A stretch of DNA of 63,874 nt, filler included, from Chiloscyllium plagiosum (Eukaryota): the NCBI RefSeq assembly GCF_004010195.1. It is 3 parts of 2 records of this genome, joined end to end, with 100 filler letters (N's around TTAATTAATTAA, not from the genome) between each part and the next. Parts side by side here need not be neighbours in the genome. Positions count along the whole stretch, not along the records: positions 1 to 27,113 come from NC_057716.1; 2 more parts are not named here. One strand, written 5' to 3'. Shown here piece after piece: positions 12,631 through 24,605 of the stretch (positions are counted from its first letter, which is position 1; every line of letters starts with the position of its first letter). Both the position numbers and the translations under genes were made by a program. Below the pieces are notes generated by a model, which saw nothing but the letters and a program-made list of their open reading frames with translations, had not been told where the DNA came from and ran no database searches.

Positions 12631-13130
12631 NNNNNNNNNNNNNNNNNNNNNNNNNNNNNNNNNNNNNNNNNNNNNNNNNNNNNNNNNNNNNNNNNNNNNN
12701 NNNNNNNNNNNNNNNNNNNNNNNNNNNNNNNNNNNNNNNNNNNNNNNNNNNNNNNNNNNNNNNNNNNNNNNNNNNNNNNNNNNNNNNNNNNNNNNNNNNN
12801 NNNNNNNNNNNNNNNNNNNNNNNNNNNNNNNNNNNNNNNNNNNNNNNNNNNNNNNNNNNNNNNNNNNNNNNNNNNNNNNNNNNNNNNNNNNNNNNNNNNN
12901 NNNNNNNNNNNNNNNNNNNNNNNNNNNNNNNNNNNNNNNNNNNNNNNNNNNNNNNNNNNNNNNNNNNNNNNNNNNNNNNNNNNNNNNNNNNNNNNNNNNN
13001 NNNNNNNNNNNNNNNNNNNNNNNNNNNNNNNNNNNNNNNNNNNNNNNNNNNNNNNNNNNNNNNNNNNNNNNNNNNNNNNNNNNNNNNNNNNNNNNNNNNN
13101 NNNNNNNNNNNNNNNNNNNNNNNNNNNNNN
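12631..13130. other. Assembly gap (500 N)
   Basis: Run of N. Confidence 1.
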
Positions 13131-14622
13131 AGATAGAATATTAACCGGTTACTGAAATTATCAAAGTGACTTCCAAAAGCAATTACAGATTCATAAATTG
13201 AATTGTGACTGGCAGAATACTGTAAATTGCCTGATATGGTAGTAATTATCTAGTTTGGATTTACCTTGCTTGTTGTGCACAAATAATATTGGGCAATTTT
13301 CCACATTGTCCGGTAGTTGCCAGTGTTACGCTTGGATATGTTCAGCTTGGCTTGTGAACAGCTAGTTCTGGAGCATAAGTCTTCAGTTTTACTGTTGGAA
13401 GTATGGCAAACCCTCCAATGATTACATGAACAGATTGCAAGATCCCGACTGCATAAGGGCATAGCCCCGGTAGCCTAATGGATAAGGCATTGGCCTCCAG
13501 CACCAGGGATTGTAGATTCAAGTCCCACCTGGGGTGCTATGGGCGCTTGTCAAGAATCAAATGTTGTAAAACATCTCTGGGTGGTTGTCGCAACTTGTGA
13601 CAGCAAGCTTTTCTTGTAACTTGAATGACCAATCTCATTACCTCCTAAGCAGAATCTTTCACTGCTGCTTGCTGGATGTGACTCCAATCAAGGGGGCTGT
13701 TTTATCCTGGATCCTATCAAGCTTTTTGAGTGTTGTTGGAGCTGCATCCACCCAGGCATAGAGCAATGTTATCCCAACACACAGGGAACACTGTCACTGC
13801 TGCAATTTCCACAACAAATGGAATTAAATAAATGTATGTCATGAAAGGAGGCTATTTAGCCACTCTGGTTATACAGACAGAAATAGGCTGTCGAACCTGA
13901 TCGCACTTTACAATTCCAGCTCCAACACAATAAGGACGTGATGCTTCAAGTACATCAATAACAGCTACAACATTGGCATCTATCCAAAAATGTGGAAAAC
14001 TGCCCAGGTATGTCCTGTACGTAAAAAGCAGGACAAATCCAACCTGGCTAATTCCCACCTCATTGGTCTGCTCTTGATCATCAGTAAAATGATGGAAGGT
14101 TCATCAACTATCAAGCAGCTCCTGCTCAGCAATAACCTGTTCGGTGACACCCAGTTTAGGTTCCACTGGAGCCACTCAGCTCCTGACCTCATGACAGCCT
14201 TGGTTCAAACATGGACAAATGAGCTGAATTCCAGAGGTGAGGTGAGAGTGACAGCCCTCGACATCAAGGCTGCATTCAAATGAGTGTGGCATCAATGAAC
14301 CCTAGCTAAACTAAAATCAATGGGTATTGGGGACCAGTTGGAGTCCACCAGTTGGAGTCATACCTGGCACACAGATAGACAGTTGTGGTCACTGGAGGGT
14401 CAGTCATCTCAGCTTCAGGACATCTCTGCAGGAGTCCATCAGTGTGGTGTTCTCGGTCCAACTACCTTCAGCTGCTTCATCCATGACCTTCCCTCCATCA
14501 CTAGGTCAGAATTGGGGATGTTCGCTGATGATTACACAGTGGTCAGCAGCATTCATGACTCCTCAGATACTGAAGCAGTCCATGTTCAAATGCAACAAGA
14601 TCTGGACAATGTCCAGGCATGG
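13131..14622 (+). repeat. tRNA-containing duplicated unit, copy A
   Basis: Reverse complement of about 21004-22455; the first about 850 nt also match 19397-20255 directly. Confidence 0.9.
13464..13536 (+). pseudogene. tRNA-Arg-derived pseudogene, anticodon now CCA
   Basis: 73-nt cloverleaf with 8 differences from the intact copy at 22087-22159; T-stem (GTAGA/CCCAC) and anticodon-stem mismatches. Confidence 0.8.
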
Positions 14623-15378
14623 GCTGACAAGTGACAAGACACATTAATGCCACACACATGCCAGGCAATGACCATCTCCCACAAGAAACAATGGAACCAC
14701 CACTCCTTGACATTCAATGGTGTTACCATCACTGAATTCCCGCCCCCCCCCCCCCCCCCCCACCCCCCATCAACATCCTAGGAGTTACCATTGACTAGAA
14801 ACACAACTGGACTCACCACATAAACACAGTGGTTACAAGAGCAGGTCAAAGGCTAGGAATACTATGGTGAGTGTCTCATCTCTTGACTCCCCAAAGCATA
14901 AGTTAGGTGTATGATGGAATACTCCCCACTTGCCTGGGTGAGTGCAGCTCCAACACCACCCAAGAACCTTGTCACCATCCAGGACAAAACAACCCGCTTG
15001 ATTGGAACCACATCCACAAGCATCCACTCCCTCCATCACCAAAGCTCAGTAGCAGCAGTGTGTACTATCTATAAGATACACTGCAGAAATACACCAAATA
15101 TCCTTAAACAGCACCTTCCAATCCCATAGTTACTTCCATCTAAAACAACAAGGGCAGCAGATATATGGGAACACCATCACCTGCAATTTCCCATCCAAAC
15201 CATTCACTGTCACTGGGTCAAAATCCTGGAATTTTCTCTGAAATGACATGTGGGTCCACCCACAGCAGGTGGACTGCAGTGTTCATGAAGGCAGCTCACC
15301 ACCACCTTCTCAAGGGCAACTAGATACGGGTGATAAATGCTGTCCAGCCAGCGATGCCCACATCCCACAAATGAAAAA
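13960..15378 (+). mobile_element. CR1-clade LINE (second family, SacSINE partner), RT to 3' end
   Basis: WKTAQVCPVRKKQDKSN, ALDIKAAF, GVHQCGVLGP, MFADD; 3' end ...CACATCCCACAAATGAAAAAA. Confidence 0.88.
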
Positions 15379-16597
15379 AGATTTCTCCCTTCTAACTCCC
15401 TTCTAATCTTCTAATCCAACTGTTTCAATCTGTATTAGCTGGTCATTTATGCTTCTTCAACAGGAAACAAATTCTTCCTATCCACTTCCTTAGATCCTCT
15501 TGGTTTCAGGAGGGTTTCTGTAGCACAGTGGTAAGTGTGTTCAAGCCCCACCTGCTCCAGCTGTGATAGCACACCTAACCAGGCTGGTAAAGAAAATACC
15601 TCCTTGTGATTTTAATGCATCTATGAAATACCTGCATGAACTGGTTGGGCTGAATGACCTCTTTCCGTGCCGTACATTCAGAGTAAACTTCTACAGCCTC
15701 TTCTGTTCCAAAGTTAACGCGCCAAGCCCATCCAATCGTGGGCAGAATTCTCCATTTCTGACATTGGTTGGGAATCCCAGCACAGATGTTGCAGCAACTT
15801 CACCTGTCACCTTCCTCCAACTTGACTTCATATCCATTGGCCCAGATGTGCTGCCAGCACATTAACACAGCATGAGGAGATCACTTCCTTCTTCCCTGTT
15901 TGAGCTCTTCCAGCTGAGCTTTGTGCTGCCCGCTGCTGCAGCGATTGAGCAGGAAAGAGTTTTGAGGAGAAGAAGATGAAGAGGAGTATTGATGTTGATA
16001 TATATATTGACCCCAGAACCAGAAAATACCTCCCATAGGACATCTCCAAATCGTGCCACGATTCTCTTAAGGACCAATGTTTGACAAACGGTGACATCCA
16101 AGGGATTTACAAAGAGTATAGAGCTACAAGATTCTATTGTTCAGAACAGACATAATAACTTTACTATGCAATGTTAAAACAGTAACACAATCTACAATAC
16201 ATAGTCAACTTACTAACACTCAGAATTAACGTGTGGTAAACAAGTCTATTGGACTGTCATTGAACTTTCCAAAGGATACAGGAGTTAGCAAATGTGATCA
16301 AGACAAATCTCTCAGCAATTCCCCCACAGATATTGATGACGTGATGTTTCAGCAAATCTCATTAACCTTCACTAAGGATGGTAATTCTTCCATCCTGCTG
16401 ATCTGGTGAAAAGGGTGATAGATTTAGAAAGTCTCATTGTACATTTCAATTACAGTACTGGGATAAATAGTGTCATAAATACTTGAAGTGTCATGCCATA
16501 GAGTGCTGGAGCTGGATTTGGAAATGGTAACAGACTGGACAGCTCATTTTCTCTCAGCATAACCACAATAGGTCAAACACCCTCCTTCTGTGATGTA

Positions 16598-17327
16598 GAA
16601 TCATAGAGTCATAGAGTCATACAGCTGCTCAGCATGAAACAGACACATCAGTCGAACTCATCCATGCTGACCAGATATCCTAAATTAATCTTGTCCCATT
16701 TGCTAGCATTTGGCCCGTATCCCCCTAAACCCTTCTTATTCATATACCCATCCAGATGTGTTTTAAATGCTGTAATTGTACCAGCCTCCACCACTTCCTC
16801 TGGCAGCTCATTCCATACATGCACCATCCTCTGCGTGAAAAAGTTGCCTTTTAGGTCACTTTTAAATCTTTTCCATCTCACCCTTAATCCTATGCCCTCT
16901 AGTTTTGCATTCTCCCAACCCAGGGAAAAGACCATGGCTATTCACCCTACCCATGCCCCTTGTGATTTAATAAACCTCTATAAGGTCACCCTTCAGCCTT
17001 TGATGCTCCAGTGAAAATAGCACAAGTCTATTCAGCCACTCCCTATAGCTCAAACCCTCCTACCCTGGCCACATTCTTGTAAATCTTTTCTGAACCCTTT
17101 CAAGTTTCACAACATTCTTCCTAGCAGGGAGACTAGAACTGGATGCAGTGTTTCAAAAGTGGTCTAACCAATGAACTAACCTGTACAGCCGCAACATGAC
17201 CACCAACTCCTATACTCAATGCACCAACAATAAAAGCAAGCATATCAAATGCCTTCTTCACAATCCTGTCTGTCTGCAACTCCACTTTAAAGGAACCATG
17301 AAGCTGCACTCCAAGGTCTCTTTGTCA
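16598..17327 (-). mobile_element. CR1/HER1 LINE 3' fragment
   Basis: KGNFFTQRMVHVWNELPEEVVEAGTITAFKTHLD; (CTATGACT)n tail. Confidence 0.88.
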
Positions 17328-17914
17328 AGAGGATTCTGGGTAATCCAAGATGGAGGATGGGAAAGATTTGTGACTGGAAGAGCTGCTCCTTTTTTAGAGG
17401 TTTTTTTCAGTGTTGGAGCTGACATCCTCAAATTGCAGGAGCAGGAATTACTGTTTTATAAGTTATTGTGTTGTTTTCGAACTTTGGGGAAAAAAATCAA
17501 AACAATGGCACTTCACTGTGAGTCCATCCACAGCTCTAGAGCCAAAATGCGGTCTAACAAGAGTTGCAGTTGAACACACTTCTTGCAAGTGTAAGAGTCA
17601 GGGACTTCAGCCACATGCCTGAGCTCCCACATCAAGCAAGAGGCATGTGTCATGGGTCTGAGGTCCCCTGCCATTGTAAGCCTTAGCTTTATATCAACTA
17701 ACTAATTCCAAACAATGCACGTAAATACATAAAATAAAAGGAACGCCTTACCTTACAGAGTCCTTTTCTTCTGGTTAGAGCAGGGGTGCGGGAGGGAGAT
17801 ACTACACGTGTAGTATCTCGGGTTTAGCTGCTGCCCAAATATATACTAAGTCCTTTACTTCCTGGCAACCTCCTGGTCTCAAATGCCACCTCCGCTCTGT
17901 CTCCTGTGCTCCTG

Positions 17915-19240
17915 GACAGCTGATAATGAAGAAATAATTTTTTAAAAAGCTCAACATTAAGCAACTTCAAGAGCCAAGCAGACTAACAAACCTCCAACAA
18001 TGCTTTCACCAAAATCACCAAGCAGTTCATTTGTATAGAATGGAGGGAATGTGGAAAGAGCTGAAGGTGGTCATCATCTCATGCTGTGAAGAAGCCATCA
18101 GCTACAAGACCAGGAAACACTAAAAGAGGTGCGATGAGCATGACCACGTCATCCAAGATCTTATTGACAAGAAGAGGAAAGCTCTTCCTGTGTGGAAAAA
18201 CAACATCACCAGTAATGCAAAGAGTAGAACTCATCAAACAACAAAGGTGCAGTTACAAAGAAGATCTAGGGAAATCAAGAACCAATGGTGGATTGAGAAA
18301 CCTAAGGAGCCACAGCTCCTTCCTGACAATCATGATACCTAGAGCTTTTTCACTACCACCAATATGTCCCAATATATGGACCAATCAGCTTTGGTCTCAA
18401 ACCAGTGTGGAGTAATGAGTCATTTTGAGTCACAGAGAAAACATCAGCCTCCAATGGACAGCACATTTTTAAAAAACTCCTAAACTGGATATAATCACCA
18501 ATGAGGACATGTACAAGGAAATCATCCAACTCACATCAAAGATGGCCTTGGATTCCCTCTTTATGTTGTAGAAGTTGAAACTGACAATCGACATATGAAG
18601 CATGGAAAAGGTGCAGGAGTATAGCATTCAGCAGAGATATTCAAACTTGGAGGAGCTGATTTATCCATCATCTCTATGGACGTTGACATGTTTTTCACTG
18701 CTCTGCAATTCACTGAGGAATTCCAGGAACAATACCAACTGCTCTACATCACCCATATCAATCTGACCAAGGATTTTGACTCAGTCACTTGGAGATTGGT
18801 ATGGAAGATCTCCTAAAAGCCAGCTGTCCAATGAAATTCAGCAACATCCTCCATCTCCTCCACTCAAGATGTCAGTGACAGTTCTCAATGATGATAATAT
18901 GACAGAATCGTTTAAGGTCAAAGACAGGGGTCAAACAGAGATGTATCAATGCCCCAGCATTTTCTCCATCTTCATCGCGGCCATTCTTCCCATTGTCAAG
19001 ATTCTCTGCATCAGCTGGGAAGACAGGCAGACTAACATTGGTCTCCTTGAAACAGCCAATAGCATGGGCTGTTGATCTCGGCCATGATCATCCAAAATTC
19101 ATTCTGCTGGACCGTCCACATGCTTAGGATGCCTGAGAGTTGAATGCCAAAATAAATGTTCTCCCAGCTCAAGGAAGGCACTCAAACAAAAGGGGGACAA
19201 AGCAAGCATTTCAGATTCCCTGAAGGCTGCCCTCAAGAAA
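17915..19240 (+). mobile_element. Decayed RTE-clade LINE
   Basis: Fragments AEIFKLGG, DMFFTALQF..FQEQYQLLYI..INLTKDFDSV, CPMKF and the C-terminal KGGQSKHF..SLKAALKK, typical of RTE ORFs. Confidence 0.75.
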
Positions 19241-20255
19241 TATATTAAGGTAAAACTGACAGGGAAGATAGACAGGGGAGAGGCATATTTATAGTGGTGA
19301 AAGAATTAGGGATGGAACAAAATGTCAGAATAATTAGAGAATAATTCAGAATTTGAAAATCTTCAAATTGAATAAACTGGAATTGCTTGAAAAATTAGAT
19401 AGAATATTATCCGATGTCACTGAAACTATCAAAGCAACTTCCAAAAGCAATTACAGGTCCATAAATTGAATTGTGACTGGCAGATACTGCACACTTCCCG
19501 ATATGTAGCTATCTTGTTTGGATTTATCTTGCTGGTTGTGCACAGAATATATTGGGCAATTTTCCATATTGTCAGGTAGTTGCCAGTGTTATGGTTGTAC
19601 AGGTATAGCTTGGCTAGGGAAACGGCTAGTTGTGGAGCATAAGTCTTCAGTTTTACTGTTGGAAGTGCGGCAAACCCGCCAATGATTACAGAAGCAGATT
19701 GGAAGATCCAGACTGCATGCATGCATAACCCCAGTGGCCTAATGGGTAAGGCATTAGCCTCTGGTGCCAGGGATTGTGGGTTCAAGTCCCACCTGGGGTG
19801 CTGTGGGCACTTGTGTTGCAAAGCATTTCTGGATTGTTGTCACAACTTGTGGCAGCATGTTTTTCTTCTAACTTTGTGGCCAATGTCAATATCTCATGAG
19901 CAGCACCTTTCTCTGCTGCTTGTTGGATGTGGTTCCAATCAAGTGGGCTGTTTTGTCCTGGATGGTGTCAAGCTTCTTGAGTGTTGTTGGATCTGCACCC
20001 ACCCAGACATAGTGCAATGTTATCCCAACACACAGGGAACACTGTCATTGCTGCAGTTTCCACAACAATGGAATCAAATAAATGTGTGTCATGAAAGGAT
20101 GCTATCTGGCCCACTCTGGCCCACTCTGGCCCACTCTGGCCCACTCTGGCCCAAGCTGTTTAACCTGATCGCACTTTCCAATTCCAGCTCTAACACAAAA
20201 TGGACGTGATGCTTCAAGTACTTAAGCTCTTCTATAACAGTTACAACACTGGCAT
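19240..20255 (+). repeat. tRNA-containing duplicated unit, copy B (left arm of the inverted pair)
   Basis: Reverse complement of about 21645-22612; contains a (CTGGCCCACT)x~5 expansion at about 20106-20153. Confidence 0.88.
19728..19800 (+). pseudogene. tRNA-Arg-derived pseudogene, anticodon now CTG
   Basis: 73 nt with 6 differences from the intact copy; A:C mismatch in the anticodon stem; loop CT-CTG-GT. Confidence 0.78.
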
Positions 20256-20956
20256 GAGCTGGTTGGTCTGAATGACATCTTTCTATGCCGTACATTCAGA
20301 GGCCATCCAATCATCGCCAACCATTCGTTAGTCTCTCAGATCGTTCAGTCAAATATCCAAGATGTGGTGACATCGAGACTGGGGGCAGAGAAAACAAGGT
20401 ACACAGGAGCAAAGAACTACTAAGTCACTGTGACAAGGTAAAATTGTAGGAAAACTGTGGCAAATTGGTCTTGGCATGGTAAATATTCAGCCACCCATTT
20501 TGCATCAGACAGGGACATTTTTGATATGGCCAACAGCTAGAAGGAATGGGAGTCCAAAGTGGAAATTTAGAAGAACATTGGCAGAAATGGAGAATTCTGC
20601 CCCTGATTGGATGGGCTCGTCACGTTAAGTTTGGAACAGAAGAGGCTGAGTGTACTCTGAGTGTACGGCACGGAAAGAGGTCATTCAGCCCAACCAGTTC
20701 ATGCAGGTATTTCATAGATGCATTAAGACCACAAGGAGGTTTTTTTCTTTACCAGCCTGGTTAGGTGTGCTAACACAGCTTAGGCTCTAGAACTAGCCGT
20801 TCCCCAAGCTAAGCTGCACCTGTACACCCGTAACACTGGCAACTACCTGACAAAGTGGTAGCAAGGTAAATCCAAACTAGATAATTACTACCATATCGGG
20901 CAATATGCAGCATTCTGCCAGTCACAATTCAATTTATGGATGTGTAATTGCTTTTG

Positions 20957-22612
20957 CTAAAACCAAGAGGATCTAAGCAAGTGGATCAGAAGAATTGGTT
21001 TCCCATGCCTGGACATTGTCCAGATCTTGTTGCAATTGAACATGGCCTGCTTCAGTGTCTGAGGAGTCATGAATGGTGCTGAACACTGTGCAATTATCAG
21101 CAAACATCCCCAGTTCTGACCTAATGATGGAGGGAAGGTCATGGATGAAGCAGCTGAAGGTAGTTGGACCGAGAACACCACACTGATGGACTCCTGCAGA
21201 GATGTCCTGAAGCTGAGATGACTGACCCTCCAGTGACCACAACTGTCTATCTGTGTGCCAGGTATGACTCCAACTGGTGGACTCCAACTGGTCCCCAATA
21301 CCCATTGATTTTAGTTTAGCTAGGATTCATTGATGCCACACTCATTTGAATGCAGCCTTGATGTCGAGGGCTGTCACTCTCACCTCACCTCTGGAATTCA
21401 GCTCATTTGTCCATGTTTGAACCAAGGCTGTCATGAGGTCAGGAGCTGAGTGGCTCCAGTGGAACCTAAACTGGGTGTCACCGAACAGGTTATTGCTGAA
21501 CAGGAGCTGCTTGATAGTTGATGAACCTTCCATCATTTTACTGATGATCAAGAGCAGACCAATGAGGTGGGAATTAGCCAGGTTGGATTTGTCCTGCTTT
21601 TTACGTACAGAACATACCTGGGCAGTTTTCCACATTTTTGGATAGATGCCAATGTTGTAACTGTTATTGAAGTACTTGAAGCATCACGTCCTTATTGTGT
21701 TGGAGCTGGAATTGTAAAGTGCGATCAGGTTCGACAGCCTATTTCTGTCTGTATAACCAGAGTGGCTAAATAGCCTCCTTTCATGACATACATTTATTTA
21801 ATTCCATTTGTTGTGGAAATTGCAGCAGTGACAGTGTTCCCTGTGTGTTGGGATAACATTGCTCTATGCCTGGGTGGATGCAGCTCCAACAACACTCAAA
21901 AAGCTTGATAGGATCCAGGATAAAACAGCCCACTTGATTGGAGTCACATCCAGCAAGTAGCAGTGAAAGATGCTGCTCAGAAGGTATTGTGATTGGTCAC
22001 TCACTTACAAGAAAAGCTTGCTGTCATAAGTTGTGACAACAATCCAGTGATGCTTTACAACATCCCATGCTTGGCAAGTACCCTAGCACCCCAGGTGGGA
22101 CTTGAACCCACAATCCCTGGCTCCGGAGGCCAGTGCCTTATCCATTAGGCCACTGGGGCTATGCACAAGCTGTGTCTGGATCCTGTAATCTGTTCATATA
22201 ATCATTGGAGGGTTTGCCGCACATCCAACAATAAAACTGAAGACTTATGCTCCAGAACTAGCCGTTCCCCTAGCCAAGCTGCACCTGTACAACCATAACA
22301 CTGGCAATGTGGTAGCAAGGTAAATCCAAACTAGATAATTACTACCATATCGGGCAATGTGCAGTATTCTGCCAGTCACAATTCAATTTATGGATGTGTA
22401 ATTGCTTTTGGAAGTCACTTTGATAGTTTCAGTGACATCGGATAATATTCTATCTAACTTTTCAAGCAACTCCAATTTATTCAATTTGATGATTTTCAAA
22501 TTCTGAATTATTCTCTAATTATTCTGACATTTTGTTCCATCCCTAATTCTTTCGCCACTATAAATATGCCTCTCCCTGTCTATCCTCGCTGTCATAATTT
22601 TGCTTTAATATA
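20957..22612 (-). repeat. tRNA-containing duplicated unit, copy C (right arm)
   Basis: ORFs 21342..21635 and 20973..21305 mirror 13990..14283 and 14320..14634; lacks about 840 nt equivalent to 14623-15462 of copy A. Confidence 0.9.
22087..22159 (-). tRNA. tRNA-Arg(CCG), intact cloverleaf
   Basis: GCCCCAG TG GCCT AATGGATA AGGC A CTGGC CT CCG GA GCCAG GGATT GTGGG TTCAAGT CCCAC CTGGGGT G; all stems pair and A/B boxes are intact. The nearest T4 terminator is about 70 nt downstream. Confidence 0.85.
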
Positions 22613-22929
22613 TTAGCATGATATACTCACTTTTATTTCTTTTGTCTGGATAATTCACTGCATAGTTCATCTTTTATTTGTTTTATTTGTGTGCAAACTT
22701 GCAATGCCTGTGAAATTTCCTACAAATGTGTTCATCTGGGATAGTTCACCTGTCATTGACTTCCCACATACTGCAGGATGTACGTTCCGCACAGTGTAGC
22801 TATCCTGCCATTCTGTAACTTTAGATGCTTTTTTTAACAATAAGAATAGTGCAGTAACTTATCAGTACTTGCCAATCACCTTCTGAAGAAATCTCTGATT
22901 GAAGGATGCAAGAAAACTTAACTTCTGTT

Positions 22930-23510
22930 AACCCTAAGAATAATGTGCAGTTAACTGGTAAATTAAGAAAGAAGACTAAACTTTAGATAAAAATTACCCC
23001 ATAAGACTCTGATATGCACAAACTCTCGGTACACACCAAGGTATATTCGTCAGAGTCTTTGTCAGATTTATTACAGTCCAAACAAGACCTGATCCTTTTC
23101 AGATAGTGAGTGAAGCAGAAATCCGCACAGACCATACCTAAGAAGCGAGTATTGAACTTTGCACAAGAGACTAGCAGAATCTATTCAATTCTCAAGGTGC
23201 AAAACCACATAAGGCACATATGCTAAGTAAATGCAATAAATCTGGTGATTCTGCAATGTGGTCCTTACCAATGCTGTGGAGCAAAGAAACCTCACGGGAG
23301 TGAACAGTGCCCAGCAATTAAACCAGATTTTTTGCACGTAAAACCTTGATTCACTTTCAGAAAGCATGCCAAAGTAGGACACAGCCTCAGAAAAACTACA
23401 AGCCCAGGAACTACCCAAAAAAAAGGCAATCAGGGTAAAAGAAAATCTCTAGCAGAAGATAAGCCCGAAGGTTTCCGAGGGAGAATAAGTGACTCAGAAT
23501 TAGCATGTTG
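22930..23510 (+). mobile_element. Gypsy gag remnant
   Basis: ESLSD..LQSKQDL, QIVSEAEIR and zinc-knuckle-like YQCCGAKKPHGSEQCPA. Confidence 0.55.
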
Positions 23511-23528
23511 GGCGAGCTGACCTTTATG

Positions 23529-23735
23529 GAGAAAGTGAGGACTGCAGATGCTGGAGACCAGAGTTGAAAAATGTGGTGCTGGAAAAACACAGCAGGCCAG
23601 GCAGCATCCGAGGAGCAGGAGAATCGACGTTTCAGGCAAAAGATTCCTGAAGAAGGGCTTATGCCCGAAATGTCGATTCTCCTGTTCCTCGGATGCTGCC
23701 TGGCCTGCTGTGTTTTTCCAGCACCACATTTTTCA
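23529..23735. mobile_element. Fold-back Penelope-derived mini-element with 14-bp TSD
   Basis: TSD AGCTGACCTTTATG at 23515-23528 and 23736-23749; inverted arms; CTGAAGAAGGGCTTATGCCCGAAA core. Confidence 0.85.
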
Positions 23736-23983
23736 AGCTGACCTTTATGTCAACTGACAGCTCACAAATTTCAAGTTAAACACCACAGCAGCTGTCACAA
23801 TATTTGGGAACGAAATGGGATGATTGGGCGCAGCCATTTGGGCGCTAGGAAAAAAATGTTGCTTGATTCATCATCATTCAAAGGTAGAACTTTAAAAAGT
23901 TTTAAACCTGTAACTTTATTGAAAAATAAAAACATTAAATCTATTAATCACTAAAAACTGTAACGTAGCTTTATTTAATTCAT

Positions 23984-24373
23984 TTAGCAATTATGAGCAA
24001 GGCTCCTCAAGTACTCGATAACATCCATGTTTTCAAATCTAAGAACAATTTCATGTATTCTTCTATCTCAGTCTCCATACTTTTTTAGTTTCTGTGGTGG
24101 TTCATGCCCAGCTAGTAACCCTTTGTAATATTCATCTCTACCTTTCTGTACTTTACACAGGCCATCTATTAATTTCCATATAGTGGGATGTTGCATGCTA
24201 AGTTCATATTGTAATCGACAGTGGGCTGCTTCTGCATGGTTGTTTGTGCGGTCCTCCCCATTTAATGTTCTCTGATGAAGGTTCTAAATCTCATGGAGAA
24301 ATAGAGGAGTTCATCTTCCATTTCCTCTACTGTTCTGACGACCAACATATGTATCTTCAAACCAATTAAGTAA
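23984..24373 (-). mobile_element. MULE/Mutator transposase pseudogene, C-terminal part
   Basis: LLNWFEDTYVGRQNSRGNGR*TPLFLHEI*NLHQRTLNGEDRTNNHAEAAHCRLQYELSMQHPTIWKLIDGLCKVQ...AGHEPPQKLKKYGD*DRRIHEIV...EYLRSLAHNC*; RTNNxxE carries the catalytic Glu. Confidence 0.85.
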
Positions 24374-24605
24374 ATAGAACATAGAACATAGAACATTACA
24401 GCGCAGTACAGGCCCTTCGGCCCTCGATGTTGCGCCGCCCTGTAATACTTAATCTGAAGCGCATCCCACCTACAGTATTCCATGTATGTCCATATGCCTG
24501 TCCAATGACGACTTAAATGCACTTAAACTTGATGAATCTACTACCGTTGCAGACAAAGCATTCCATACCCTTACTACTATCTGAGTAAAGAAACTACCAC
24601 TGGCA

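Noticed and set aside
12600..13136. 178-aa ORF
   Set aside because: It only spans the N gap.
19682..20209. 175-aa ORF
   Set aside because: It reads through a tRNA pseudogene, antisense LINE and a 10-bp repeat; the paralogous copies do not show it.
24262..24522. 86-aa ORF as a host exon
   Set aside because: Off-frame reading across the LINE tail and MULE junction.
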